Assembly: GCA_951406725.2 (NCBI GenBank)
Contig: OX597826.1
Coordinates: 60,388,001 to 60,452,000 of the forward strand
Direction: 5' to 3'
Source: Octopus vulgaris
Taxonomy: Eukaryota
Length of the DNA: 64,000 nucleotides
In this document: in pieces, positions 41,155 through 54,600 of the stretch
How positions within the stretch are numbered: position 1 is the stretch's first letter
How the letters are laid out: each line of letters starts with the position of its first letter
Made by a program: the position numbers and the translations under genes
The notes under the pieces: generated by a model
Database searches by the model: none
Told to the model about the DNA's origin: nothing
The model's input: only the letters and a program-made list of their open reading frames with translations

Positions 41155-41535
41155 GATGATGATGGTGATGGTGATGGTGGTGTGATGGTGATGATGATGA
41201 TGGTGGTGATGGTGATGGTCATGATGATGATGATGGAGACGAAGAGGAAGGGGAAGAAAAAGAAGAAGAAGAAGAAGAAGAAGGAGAAGAAGAAGAAGGA
41301 GAAGAAGAAGGAGAAGAAGAAGACGAAGAAGAAGAAGAAGAAGAAGAAGAAGAAAAAGGAGAAGAAGAAGAAGAAGAAGAAGAAGAAGAAGAAGAAGAAG
41401 AAGAAGAAGAAGAAGAAGAAGAAGAAGAAAAAGAAGAAGAATCCTTTATTTCCCCCACATTCATACGTATGAATATTATAAACACATAATACCCACTTGC
41501 TACGGGAATGCACACCCTCACAATTGTCTCCTGGT
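40641..41535 (+). repeat. Source arm of an inverted duplication (unique ends, trinucleotide core)
   Basis: Unique portions read as exact reverse complement of 42076-42894. The differences I see are in repeat-tract lengths. Confidence 0.95.
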
Positions 41536-42002
41536 TAGGTGGCTCGTCCATGTTTGATAACCTTCGCGATGATGAGACCAGTCCTTGTGTTAAACAGTCT
41601 GAGTAAACTTAGCAATGTATATGTTGACCGTGGGCACCTTTGTTATAATGGAGGTACATCATGCGTTTTTTTTCTTCTTTTTTTGTGTATATTTTTCTTC
41701 AATATATTTACTTTACTTTTAACTTTGAAAACATCAGTTCCGGTAATGTTCGACTTTATGTGTCTGTAGTTGAACAGGTTCTATTCTTCAATTTCTCAGC
41801 CTTCTTCTCAGTTGCATCCATTTTGAAGATTGATTTGTGATGATTTTTGCAACGGTGGAGATGACAGATCAAAAAATCGGCAACTTTTAGGCTTATGCTT
41901 TCCACTGATAACTGATTTATTTCATTTCTAGACGTCGATGTGTTTTTGAATTCTTACCTCTGTCCCTATCAGGTAAAATATGCCTTCAGTATTTGAACGT
42001 TA

Positions 42003-42079
42003 TCTCTCTCTATATAAACGGCAATCTGTCTGTGTGTGTGTTTCTGTGTGTCTGTTTGGTTGTACCCTCACCCTGACCA
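42003..42079 (+). mobile_element. 5' end of a non-autonomous Helitron split by inversion
   Basis: A|TCTCTCTCTATATAAACGG start. The last 28 bp are the reverse complement of 44025-44052. Confidence 0.75.
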
Positions 42080-42383
42080 GGAGACAATTGTGAGGGTGTG
42101 CATTCCCGTAGCAAGTGGGTATTATGTGTTTATAATATTCATACGTATGAATGTGGGGGAAATAAAGGATTCTTCTTCTTTTTCTTCTTCTTCTTCTTCT
42201 TCTTCTTCTTCTTCGTCTTCTTCTTCTCCTTCTTCTTCTCCTTCTTCTTCTCCTTCTTCTTCTTCTCCTTCTTCTTCTTCTTTTTCTTCCCCTCCCCTTC
42301 GTCTCCATCATCATCATCATGACCATCACCACCACCACCATCATCATCATCACCATCACACCACCATCACCATCATCATCATC

Positions 42384-42415
<32 letters not shown>

Positions 42416-42433
42416 CATCACCATCAGCATCAC

Positions 42434-42486
<53 letters not shown>

Positions 42487-42619
42487 CCATCTTGTTGTTT
42501 TTCGTCTTCTTCTTCTTCCCCTGCTCAATCACTGCAAGCACCACCAGCTGCAGCAGCAGTGGAACACCAGCACCACCAGCACCACCAGCACCAACACCAG
42601 CACCAGCACCAGCACCACC

Positions 42620-42672
<53 letters not shown>

Positions 42673-42894
42673 CCTCCACCGCCATATATCATCATCATCA
42701 TTAACAACAACGTGATCGTCATCATTACATGCTTTCCTACGGTTACTGTTGTTATTCTTTCATATTAGTCGTAGTATTTCCATCCTTATTCTATATCTAA
42801 TAATTATTGCTGTTATTATCACTAATACCAAGACTATTGGAACATCTATACCCATAATGGTGCTCATTATATCACATTCTATTTTATATTTTAT
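42076..42894 (-). repeat. Inverted duplicate of 40641-41535
   Basis: See source arm. The spacer between arms is 540 bp. Confidence 0.95.
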
Positions 42895-42903
42895 TGAGCG
42901 AAA

Positions 42904-42982
42904 ACAACGCCTGGTCTGGGAGTCGAAACCGCGATCCTTCGACCGCGAATCTGCTGCCTTAACCAATGGGCCATTGCACCTT
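42904..42982 (-). mobile_element. tRNA-like head of a family C SINE, separated from its body by inversion
   Basis: Minus strand: aaggtgcaatggcccattggttaagg...ggtttcgactcccagaccaggcgttgt. Homologous to the head at 5770-5849. Confidence 0.8.
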
Positions 42983-42983
42983 C

Positions 42984-43049
<66 letters not shown>

Positions 43050-43721
43050 TATTGTGTGTGTATGTATTTATGTTATGTATGTATGTGTCAACAATACCAA
43101 CAGGGATTATTATGCAGTTGCATAGCATTACCTTAAATTCTTTTAATATATATATATATACAGCTTCACATCGATCCACACATGTTTCTACTGCACCGAT
43201 TAGTAACCGTTGTAATTATAACCCTATTATATTGCCAGTACAGTTTCTTCAGGGTCTTTACTTAATATCCTTTGATTTATCTACCCTGGTTTATATATCA
43301 GATGCTTAACAGTTAATATACTTTTCACTTTAATCAGCAGTGATAAAAGTAAGAGCGATTCTACAGAGTATCTCAATCATGGGTAATGTGGGAGCGATAA
43401 AAGCATAGTAGCAGTGCGATTGGCTGACGGCTCGCGTTGTGGATATTTGTGAAGCACTTGGAAAAGTCAGAGTACGTTAGGATAATGCAAGTGATGCTTA
43501 ATGTGGGTTTCTACATAATTGTATGGCATCGTGAATAAGAAAACGGGTGGTAAAATCTTTAAGTGCAATGATTTAAAAAATGAAATGAGGACATTGTTTT
43601 TTCATTAGTTTACAGAACCGATGAAACTGGCTTTATTTACAATGACGTTACTTGGACCACAAACAAAAAAAAAAACAGTACACTTGGTTTCACGTTAAAC
43701 GATGGATACATTTATATTTTA

Positions 43722-44052
43722 CTAGCAGTATCGCCCGGCGTTGCTCAGGTTTGTAAGGGAAATAACTATAAAGCATTTTTAGAGAGTTATAGCCAAAAAA
43801 TAGCAAAAAAATGGGAAAAAAATGATGGTAAATTTTTTTGAGAGTTAAAAAAGGTCGAGTTGCGTCCCCTAGACAGTCTGTGGTTTGTGTTTCTGATTCG
43901 ACCCCATGTCGATTTATCGATTTTTCAGAACTGGGGAACTTTTCAAAATTTTCCCTGCGTTAGTTTTGAATTATGACATTGGGCTATGTGTGTGTCAAGT
44001 TTCATCAGAATCGGTTGAAAGCCGTGGTCAGGGTGAGGGTACAACCAAACAG
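43722..44052 (-). mobile_element. Body and 3' end of the split Helitron
   Basis: Minus strand ends cctgagcaacgccgggcgatactgCTAG|T, a subterminal hairpin plus CTAG. Confidence 0.8.
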
Positions 44053-44081
44053 GTGCCCACGGTCAACATATACATTGCTAA

Positions 44082-44295
44082 TTATTGAGCGAAAACACCT
44101 AAATCTCCACGAGTCTCCAGCAGGGGCTGGTGGTGTTCACTGCTGTAGTCTTTCACCCCAACTTTCTCTCACTCTTTCTTCTGTTGGCCTGCTCACTTAG
44201 CCAGAGGGGTGGCGTCATTGAAGGCTAAAACAATGCAAAGCGCATTGTGATCACCGATTTCTACCAACATATGACAGCCTGGTCAGTCACGTGAT
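44082..44295 (+). mobile_element. Headless body and tail of a family C SINE (body type B + tail type 1)
   Basis: ttattgagcgaaaacacctaaa... matches 5670-5762 (minus). Tail ggggtggcgtcattgaaggctaaaacaatgc matches 49633-49740 and 54750-54850. Confidence 0.8.
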
Positions 44296-44939
44296 ATATA
44301 TATATATATATATAGCCTATAAACTGCCGACCTGTAGCTTGCAACAATTTAGGATCCTTATCTACAGTAATATTGCTAGCAGTAAATAAAAATATATAAC
44401 AAAACAACCTGTTACTAACAGAGACGAATGGATGCTGCAAAGCTTTAAGACCCTGTAAACATCAATTACTGATCGTCAATATCATACATGAGGACTACAG
44501 AAGGACACAGAACGGACGAACATAGTATGGAACGAAAAGGGAAAGGATTTTGAAGGTACCGACATGAGGATACCGAAAACAATGGCCAGAATTATGAAAA
44601 ACGCGCTACGTTACCATTCATAAGACATGTAGTGACTAAATGCTAAATAGATTTGTTGTGGCAGACAAAATGAGAAATTATGAAACTAAACCTGTCTCCT
44701 TCAGATGAAGGATATTCTTTCTTCATTTCTTCTTTTACTGACACTCGCGCCTATGGCCTCTTGTCAAGCAGAACAAAGGGGTCCGGTACAAATATTATGG
44801 TAGGATAAGGAACCATGTTATATATATATGAATGACTCCAAGTTGTTCTAATAAGCAATTAGAAACACGGTTGCAGATACACGAAGGACGTACTAGAGAA
44901 TTTCTTTTAAGATTCGGTTTAGAGACCAATGAGATATCA

Positions 44940-45160
44940 TACGAGGGAATGCTAAAAAGTTCCTGGCTTTAAAGGTATCGCAAAAGGCTTGGTTGGAGGC
45001 CCAGTCTTCTGAGTTCTTTTACAGGGCTTAGAAAAACTGGGGGAGCTCTGGAATAAGAGGGTGAACTGATAGGGGAATATGATGAATAAAAATCGTAATT
45101 AACCGATCCTCCTTTATTTTCTTTAACCCGAAGCCAGGAACTTTTCAGCACGGCTTCGTA
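44940..45160 (+). mobile_element. Mariner-type MITE
   Basis: TA target duplication. TIRs cgagggaatgctaaaaagttcctggctt / aagccaggaacttttcagcacggcttcg. Confidence 0.85.
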
Positions 45161-45704
45161 CACAAAGAAATAGGCAATACACAATGTTCATAGACGTAAA
45201 GGAAAATATCATAATGGAACACACCGTGGGCTTCGATTATTAGTTAAACAGAGCTAAATGAAAAATACACATTATACATATTAAGATAGATTCCAGATAT
45301 CTATTTTTAATTGAAGTCTAAACGAATTTGTATGACGAAAGGAAAGAATAAAAATAATGACTTTGATTAGAATACACCACACAAAATCGATATACAAATG
45401 TTGTATTTACAACAAATGCAAAAAAAAAATGAGTCCCAAATCTAGAAGTCAAATATAATAAAATATACATTTTTGCAAAATATGATAAAATAATCATAGA
45501 AATAGCAATAAAAATAGAAGAAAAAGCTTTGTCTCCTGTCTGAAAGAAAGCAGTAAATACCTATACTAGTCAAAACCTTTTCTTAGTAGAGTGTGTTCAG
45601 CACAGTTTGCAGAAAAGTGAATAGAAAATAAAATGTCATATTCCATCGAAAGTGAAAGTTATTTTTGAAAATCAAAAAGAAATATCAACTAGTTAATAGC
45701 AGTT

Positions 45705-46290
45705 TACACATGGTAGCCGTCTTCAGAATCCCCCACGACCTGAAGACGGTTCTGGAACCTGGCTCATGCGTTGCTCATTCTGTCCCTGGGAAGATCTTCG
45801 AACAACTTGACATTGTCTCTCATCTTGATATTGATATTGCAGGCAGGGAACGCCGCACAGAGTAATCCATAGGATTACAATCAAGAAAATTAGAAGGCCA
45901 GAAACTGTGACTGGTCAAGTCGTAGAAATTCTTTGACTACCACGTCTGACACTTTCTGGAGGTATAACAAGGAGCAGTATATTGCTGCCATATGATCATA
46001 TGGCCTTCCAGCCAATTGCTGACCACCTGGCTGGATCTTCACATGGCACTCTTCACATAGCCGTCTGCCTAAGGCTCGGTTCAAAGATGTGCGGATCAAT
46101 TACGGCGTGTGGACACAATCAGAATACCTGATGCATCCCTTCTTGCTGGTCACAGCTTCGTAGATTGCATAGCTGCTGATTTTTACAGTGACCACAGAGC
46201 ACTGAGCAGCGGTCATAATGGTGCCATTGTGATACCTTGTTCGAATCATCAAAGATACAGGTGAGTATCCGATAAGTATTTGGGCATTCG
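45705..46290 (-). pseudogene. Tc1/mariner superfamily DD37D (maT-type) transposase remnant
   Basis: Minus strand GRPY/IWQQYTAPCYTSRKCQTW*SKNFYDLTSHSFWPSNFLDCNPMDY ... FEDLPRDRMSNA*ARFQNRL. There are 37 residues between the (mutated) second D and the third D. Confidence 0.85.
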
Positions 46291-46387
46291 ATGGGTAACA
46301 TAGCAACAAGTTCAGTTTTTCATAGACATATATTTACACACATACAGCACACACAAACACACAGACACACACAGACACACATACACG

Positions 46388-46449
<62 letters not shown>

Positions 46450-47756
46450 CACACAAACACACGCACGCACGTACACACGTACAGAGTATACAGTCAAGTT
46501 GTTTACAAAAATTTCAGATCCTGGTTGTATGAAACAACGCTAATTGATGCTTACTGTATCCGTAAATTCATTCGTGCAATTATTTTCTGTTACGCACGTA
46601 TACATATATATGTGTGTATGAGTGCGCATGTATGCTTGTGTACGTATGTATGTGTGAATTCATCTCTTCATATGGATGTATTTATATATATATATATGTG
46701 TATGCATTGATGTAAATATGTACGTACGTATGTATGTATGCATTTGGTAATAATATGTATTCGTAGATAATATATACATATATGTATATATCTGATCGAT
46801 CGTACGCTTTATGAGTGGGTAGTGAGTGCATACATGTACACCCATATCTCCCTTGTGCTTGCAATAGAAAAAGGTGAATCTGAACAATAGAAAAACATCA
46901 GAGTGTTAATATGGAAGTATATATGTACAACTGTGAAGCGTATATGTGAGTGCGTGTATGAAAAGTGTTTGAGTGTCCATTCGTATATTTGGTTGATGTG
47001 CTGATGTTGGGTGTATATTTACCAGTGGATGTATAAATGTTCGACAGGATGGTTTTTGCTGGATCTAAGTTATATTTTGTTAGCAAACTTTAACCAAGAA
47101 ATAGAGAACTTTATTACAAAATTCATATATGCATTAACATGCATTCTTATATACATACACATATGTAAGTGTGTCTGTATAAATGCGTATGTATCCTTAT
47201 ATATGTAAATATATATGGACTCTAATATATATATATACAGAGAGAGAGAGAGACAGAGAGCTCTTTATATATATATATATATATATATATTCATGTAAGT
47301 ATATATGTATGTATAAGCTTGTTTTCCTATGTATGTATGTATGTATGTATGTATGTATGTATGTATGTATGTATGTATGTATGTATGTGCATGTACCTGA
47401 CTAGATGGTTGCTCATAGAATTGAACACACTTAATAACTACCTACATATGTAGTACATTTATCTTTTACATACAATATACTCACGCCTTCTACCCCCTTT
47501 CTCATTATCTTTCTTCCTCTCTATCTCCCAATCTCTCTCTCCCCTACACACACACACATCTGTATATGAATATATGTTTCTGTGGGTGCGTATGTATATT
47601 TGCCTATGTTTCCGTATATGTAAATAGATAGGTGGATGAATAGATTCAGAGATAGATGGACATAGAAAGATAAAATGCGTCCGTGTGTGTGTGTGTGCGG
47701 GAGGGGACGGTCAAATGAAACACAAGGAAAACTTAACACACACACACATATATGTA

Positions 47757-47802
<46 letters not shown>

Positions 47803-47904
47803 AGTGTGTGTGTGTGAATGTGTGTGTATGATATTTGTCTTCATAGATATAAGGAATTGCAAACGAAAACATATAAGAATATTAGAAAACACATTAAGAT
47901 AACC

Positions 47905-47954
<50 letters not shown>

Positions 47955-48377
47955 CACAGGCGTTTCAGAAAAATATTTCGTGGTAATTTGAACTTTGAAA
48001 AACAGAAAAATGTGTTCAATTGAGAAAAGAGGAAACTTCATATACACATATATTTTATGTTTCGTCTTTTTTCATAACAATCTCAAATGTCAGGGTGCGA
48101 ATTACGTACAATGTACATTGTTGTTGTTGTTCTTATTGTAGTTGTTGTTGTAAGTTTTCATTTTGTTTGGCTATTTGGTTTTCTTTTTGGTTTTCGTTTG
48201 GTTTTCGGAGGTTATTCTTGTTATGTTGTTATTTCTACTTTGGTTCGTTTTTGTTCTGGAAGAAGTTTTCCTTAACTCAAAACTGATAAACATATATTGT
48301 GACATTTCGCAGCAAAGGACGAGAACTAGACCAGATGTGATATCTGTTATATCTATAATTTAACCTTGAAGATATAT

Positions 48378-48447
<70 letters not shown>

Positions 48448-49165
48448 GTATATACGTATATATGCATGTATTATCATATATATACATATATATACATGTA
48501 TAAATATATATATATATACATGTCTATATACATATATATATGTATACATACATATACAGGTATATAAGTACATATATGTATATAGAGATAAACTTATGTA
48601 TACATGTGTGAATACGTGTGTGTGTGTGTATGTGTCCATACATACGAATGTATACCTATGCATTTGGCTGTGTGCGTGCTTATTCATATGCGTATATTTA
48701 AAGATATACGACCAATTAGGACGTTCGCTTCCAGTCATAAGGTCCCGATCGCTTTCGTTACGTTGCAACTTGTCCACGTGTCTTTTTCTTTATCCACAGG
48801 TCGATCCATTCTTTCTCATAGCAAAGTAGACACAAACTATAAGGCGGCCGGCCGGCCGGCCAGTAACGTTGGGCTTCCCATGAACACACGTTCCTGATAT
48901 TATGCCACTCTAACTTGTCAGGCAGTTACTATATGATTAGAAGTGTAGTCGGTATACTCGACCACTTTTGTGCTAATTGAATGAGGTAAGTAGTTTCCTA
49001 GAAATATTCCACTCGCAAGATCTGACCAGAGTTCATTCATTCTATTATATTTGGAAATAACGCGCGCACGCACACACAAACACACACTAATACTCGTATT
49101 AGTATCACAATATAGAGCGATACACAGCTCTCTCCCTCGCTCTATCTTTCCATATATATACGTGC

Positions 49166-49213
<48 letters not shown>

Positions 49214-49632
49214 TTATAAATAAGGATAATATCAATATTTAAACATCGATATTACCAAGTGGCCAGCATGGGAAAAAATACCATACAAAGGTAATTATGC
49301 TTTACAACTAAAAATAAGGGTGTCTAAGTGACACCACCATAACGACATAGCAGTCAAATCCCTGACTCTAAAAGCCACCTTAAATGTTCATATCGCAGCA
49401 TGAGATAAGACAGAGGGACAAAATAGCAAAAAGATATTACTGAATAATTCAATATCCTGGATTTCTAGCTTTGCATTAAATAAGCTTTGCCGTCATCAGT
49501 TGAATATATCAGAGCAAATAAATACAAATATATATATGCAGAACAAAACGTTATACTTACATATTCGAATGTCCATACATACATATATATGCACGTATGT
49601 ACAAGGCCAGTTTAAAATGCCAATATATATTG

Positions 49633-49740
49633 TCCTGCTTACTTAGCCAGCGGGGTGGCGTCATTTGAAGGCTAAAACAATGCGAAGCATATTGTAACCA
49701 GCGATGTGTAGCAACATCTGATAGCCTGGTCGGTCACCGT
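49633..49740 (+). mobile_element. Isolated SINE tail type 1
   Basis: cctgcttacttagccagcggggtggcgtcatttgaaggctaaaacaatgcgaagc matches 44188-44292. Confidence 0.75.
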
Positions 49741-49770
49741 ACAGTAAATATATGCACACACACACACACA

Positions 49771-49810
<40 letters not shown>

Positions 49811-49811
49811 T

Positions 49812-50016
49812 AATTTTGGGCCAAGGCTAGCAATTTCAGAAAGAGGAGAGGTTGCTTTTATCAACCCCAGTGTCCAACTGGTACGTATTATACCCACTCG
49901 AAATAATGAAAGGCATAGTAAACCGCGGCGAAATTTGAACTAAGAACGTAAAGACGGACGAAATGCCGATAAGCATTTTGGATCGGCATTCTAACGATTC
50001 TGCCAGCTCGCCGCCT
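49812..50016 (-). mobile_element. SINE family B, near full length
   Basis: Minus strand starts ggcggcgagctggcagaatcgttagaatgccg and includes gttcaaatttcgccg. Confidence 0.8.
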
Positions 50017-50424
50017 AACATTTGAAATATTGAAAAGCAATTAGTATCTCTTGTACCAAAGAGTGGAATTAATACCCAGAAGATTACATGGCATTGGACT
50101 TGCAGTATCGTGAGAATTGGACAGAATACTATACTGAATTCAAATCCGACTAAGGTCAAATATAGTGTTCACCCTGTGAGGGTCGATTAAGTAAATCATG
50201 AATCAATTTCACGGGGTCATTTTCAATCGATTACGCCAAACCATAAATTCATAGGTATGTATCAAATTACAAATCAATGAGGAAGATTTGAAATTTGTGA
50301 TGACTATGTATTTACGAATTATTTGACAATCTGAGTACGTCTGTGTGTGTATATATATATATGTGTGTGTGTGTGTATGTTTATGTGTGTGTGTGTGTAT
50401 GTTTATGTGTGTGTGTCGGGGGGC

Positions 50425-50810
50425 ATGTCTTTTGTCTGTCCATTGACTCACTGAGTATAGATCAGACTGGTCTTCTTCTTCATTGATGATTTGCTGAAGC
50501 TTAGTGTCATCATCAAATATTTTCACTTTGCATTGATTTACGACGCTGGAAAGATCGTTTATGTAGATTATAAAGAGGAACGGGCCCAAGACTGTCCATT
50601 GTGGGACACTACTGGTGACTTTTATTGGACTTGAGTGGACACCATCGACCACAGCACGTTGTGTTCTATTTGCCAGGAAATACTCAATCCAGTGTAGAGG
50701 TTTACCACGGATTCCAACATTTGCCAATTTTGAGAGTAAGGTGTTATGGTCAACCCAGTCGAACGCTTTACTGAAGTCAAGATATATGACATCAGAGTTC
50801 AAACCTGTTC

Positions 50811-50812
<2 letters not shown>
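50425..50812 (-). pseudogene. CR1/L2-type LINE reverse transcriptase fragment
   Basis: [73 protein letters not shown] and FADD motifs are mutated, and both ends run into microsatellites. Confidence 0.92.
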
Positions 50813-50866
<54 letters not shown>

Positions 50867-50872
50867 TTTCTT

Positions 50873-50913
<41 letters not shown>

Positions 50914-50928
50914 CATGTATATATATAT

Positions 50929-50982
<54 letters not shown>

Positions 50983-50986
<4 letters not shown>

Positions 50987-51472
50987 TTTTATTCTTGTAT
51001 GGTTTCACGCATTTGAGTGCGACCATGCTGGACCACTGCGGTATTGTGTTCTTTATTCGAAGAAATCAACCCCAGGACATATTCTTTGTAAGCCTAGCTC
51101 TTATTCTATCTGTGTTTTTGTCGAAATGCTAGGGTTCGGGGAAGTAACTGCACTATTGTCGGTTGCCAAGCGAGTGAGGGGGAAACAAACACAGGCACAA
51201 AGACACACACAACCACACACACACAAACACCGATACACACACATACACACACACATACACTCACAAACACACACACACACACACATATATGTATATATAA
51301 ATATGTACGACGGGCTTTCCTCAGTTTGTGTCTACCAAATTCACTTACAATGCTTTGGTCAGACCGTGGCTATAGTAGAACATGCTTACGCAAATTCCAA
51401 CGAAGTGGAACGGAACTCTGAACAATGTTGTTGCGGAGCTAGCTTCTTAGCATAAAGCAACGCCTGAGCCTA
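50983..51472 (-). mobile_element. SINE family A, decayed full length
   Basis: Colinear with 10886-11299 (ccatgctgga, aaatcaaccccaggac, tctaccaaattcac, ggctatagtagaa). Confidence 0.8.
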
Positions 51473-51494
51473 TACATACATGCATTCATATATA

Positions 51495-51526
<32 letters not shown>

Positions 51527-51531
51527 CATAT

Positions 51532-51565
<34 letters not shown>

Positions 51566-51611
51566 GTAGATATATTATATATGTGTGTGAGTGTGTGTAT
51601 GTATGCATGTC

Positions 51612-52143
51612 ATCATTTAGATTATTTCTTGTCAATAGAGAAAGAACCGGTTCCTAACCTAGTTCCAAGGTTCCTTCGTTGGAATTTCATCACCAACAAC
51701 CTGGTGTTTTTGTTTGTATATAGATATGTATGTATGTACATATCTATCTATGTATGTATGTATGTATGTATGTATGTATGTATGTATGTATGTATGTATG
51801 TATGTATGTGCAGGGTTGTGTGTTTTATGCATATATTCTCATGCATATATTTGTATATCTTATCATGCTCATATAAATTTAAACGATAAACGTCTGGAAA
51901 GTTTTACAGATGTTTAAATTTCCAGTGTTGGATTGGATCTGTAGTCTTCGAATTAGCTTTCCCTTTTCTGGTTTTCAGAAGCTAAATTTCTCAAGATTGG
52001 TATTTACGCAGTGTGTTATATCCTAGAGCCCCAATAATTACAGTTATAAACCTGAAATTGTAATCTGGATAGTGTAACTGCAGATTTCTCAATAGTTCAG
52101 CATAGGTGTTCTCTTTTTAACTGATCTTCAGCTTTATGTTAAC
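51612..52143 (-). mobile_element. 3' end of an R4/Dong-like LINE (restriction-like endonuclease C-terminus + 3' UTR)
   Basis: Minus strand VNIKLKIS*KENTYAELLRNLQLHYPDYNFRFITVIIGALGY resembles the K..KY..L...V.PI(I)IGALG motif. Both ends lie in (TATG)/(CATA)-type repeats. Confidence 0.65.
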
Positions 52144-52372
52144 AGTATGTGTGTATGCATGTATGCATGCACCTATCAAAGAATGGCAATATATGGATTA
52201 TTATTTCCTACAAATCTATTCTAGGCTGTTGTATCTGGGAGGAGTAGAAGCCTTACACTTTCGAGCATCAGTTTATACGTATCTCATAACTAATTTCGTT
52301 TCTCTCTTTCCTTACGTATTATTCATTTTGGGTTATATGTGTGTGTATATACATACATACATATACATATAT

Positions 52373-52421
<49 letters not shown>

Positions 52422-52936
52422 TGTGTGTCGGTGTATGTTTATGTGTGTACGTATGTACATTCGAAGTTATCTGCAAAAGGGCTTTTGGGAATATTAATTC
52501 TAATTTAGCAGGTATCTTCTTGGTATTTAGAGCTGCGGGAGTAATGCTTCAACCATATATTGCGGCTTATAGTTACTGCGTTACCCATCATTTTTGAATT
52601 GTCCAACTTTATATATGTTCACCCCTTCAAATATAGCAAGTAGGTTCGGTCACACACACATACACACACACACACACAATCACATAGAAGCAAAGATGTA
52701 TATGCACATATGTATATATATAGATATATACACACATATATATGCAGGTATATACACACTTGTATTCATAGTTATATACACACTTATATACATATTTATG
52801 TACACACTTATACACACGCACACACACACATAAACATGTATATATATATACACATATATATATATATACATATATACTTACAGATACACTTTTGTACGTA
52901 TATATATATATATATACATATAGATATGTACATATA

Positions 52937-53093
<157 letters not shown>

Positions 53094-53640
53094 TACAGAC
53101 AAAAATATACAGATACAGAGTTAGATGGATCTATATGGGTAGATAGGTACGTAAACGCAGATGTAGATAGATAGATGGAGTTAAGTATTATTTTGTTGGT
53201 TTGTTGTCTTCTATTCATCTAATTATTCCTTTGTTATCGCTGCTTGGTATGTTTCAAGGAGTTATCTACATTTTTATGTATGTGTTTTTGTCTTCCAGTG
53301 TTTTCTTCTATGTTTTTTTTTCATATTTTTTTCCATATATTTTTTACACCGGTACATAATTTAGATTTGCTGCCAGCTAATATCCCGTATAGGTATTTTG
53401 AGTCAGAAGTCCATACCTCTCTTTCACTCCCTATCTGTTTCTCTCTCATTCTCTTTTTCTCTCGCTCCCTCTCCGTCTATCTCTCTTCCTTTATGAATAT
53501 ATATGGAGAGAGAGAGATATCGAAAGAGACAGGATTCGAGAGAGCAAGAGAGAATATGATACACACACACACACATACGTATACATATACACACAGAGGT
53601 ATACATACAGAAACACGCACACACCTACACATTTATGTAC

Positions 53641-53698
<58 letters not shown>

Positions 53699-54037
53699 TT
53701 GTGCATGCGTATATGTATATGTATATGTGTATTTATATATAATATGTCTATAATTATACAGGAATATATTTATATATGCATATATATATATATACATATA
53801 TGTACACATAGATACATGCATAAACATGCACACACACATATACTTACATATATATACTTACATATATATACGTATATATATATATATATACGTATATATA
53901 CATACACATACATACACATATATACTAACACGCTTAAATATATATATCGTTCTTTCATTATTTCTCTTCCTTCCTGTATTATACTTTTCTCAACACATTC
54001 CCTTCGCTTTATTTACTTAGTGCATTTTATATATCTA

Positions 54038-54080
<43 letters not shown>

Positions 54081-54600
54081 GTATATATATATGTGTGTGT
54101 ATTTTTACTTCTCTTTTCGTTTGTTTAATAAATATTAATATTTTCAGTCCTACTTTCAAAATACTTCTACTAAAATCAGTGTTTTTCGTTATTTTCATAA
54201 CAATGCTTCCCCTCAGGCTTCCAGTACTCGTCACTATTAATGATGAGGTTGTTTTTTCCTGCTGTTCTTGCTGTTCATACAAGCGTGGCTGTTATTTATC
54301 TTTGCACATTCTCCTAGTGAGCCCTCTAACTACAGTCTAAATTGTCACTCATAATTTGGAACAGTATGTTTCAGTTAACGCATTGGTTAGTAATTCCTTT
54401 CTTTCAAACTGCAACAGTACAGCGTCCATATATTTCCCCTTTGTGGATATTATATTCGTAGAGGAAATCTTGTGGCTTACTGGTTATTACCGAAGTTTAG
54501 GACGCAATCTATTCCTGTTCGAATTCTCCTTTTACGCGTATATCCCTAATGAAATTTCTCCGTTCCTAAACCAACCGTAATATTTCTTGAATATATATGT

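Noticed and set aside
40767-42768. Long homopolymeric ORFs (248 aa, 222 aa and others)
   Set aside because: Open in several frames on both strands because of triplet repeats. No domain, and they lie within the inverted duplication.
42904-42982. tRNA gene (also heads at ~5770-5849, 11220-11299 and 54601-54680)
   Set aside because: A and B boxes are present, but they are joined to SINE bodies and I could not build complete cloverleaves.
45717-45751. Hairpin ccgtcttcag...ctgaagacgg containing CTGAAGA
   Set aside because: Lies within the transposase remnant, with no correctly placed GAAA or stems.
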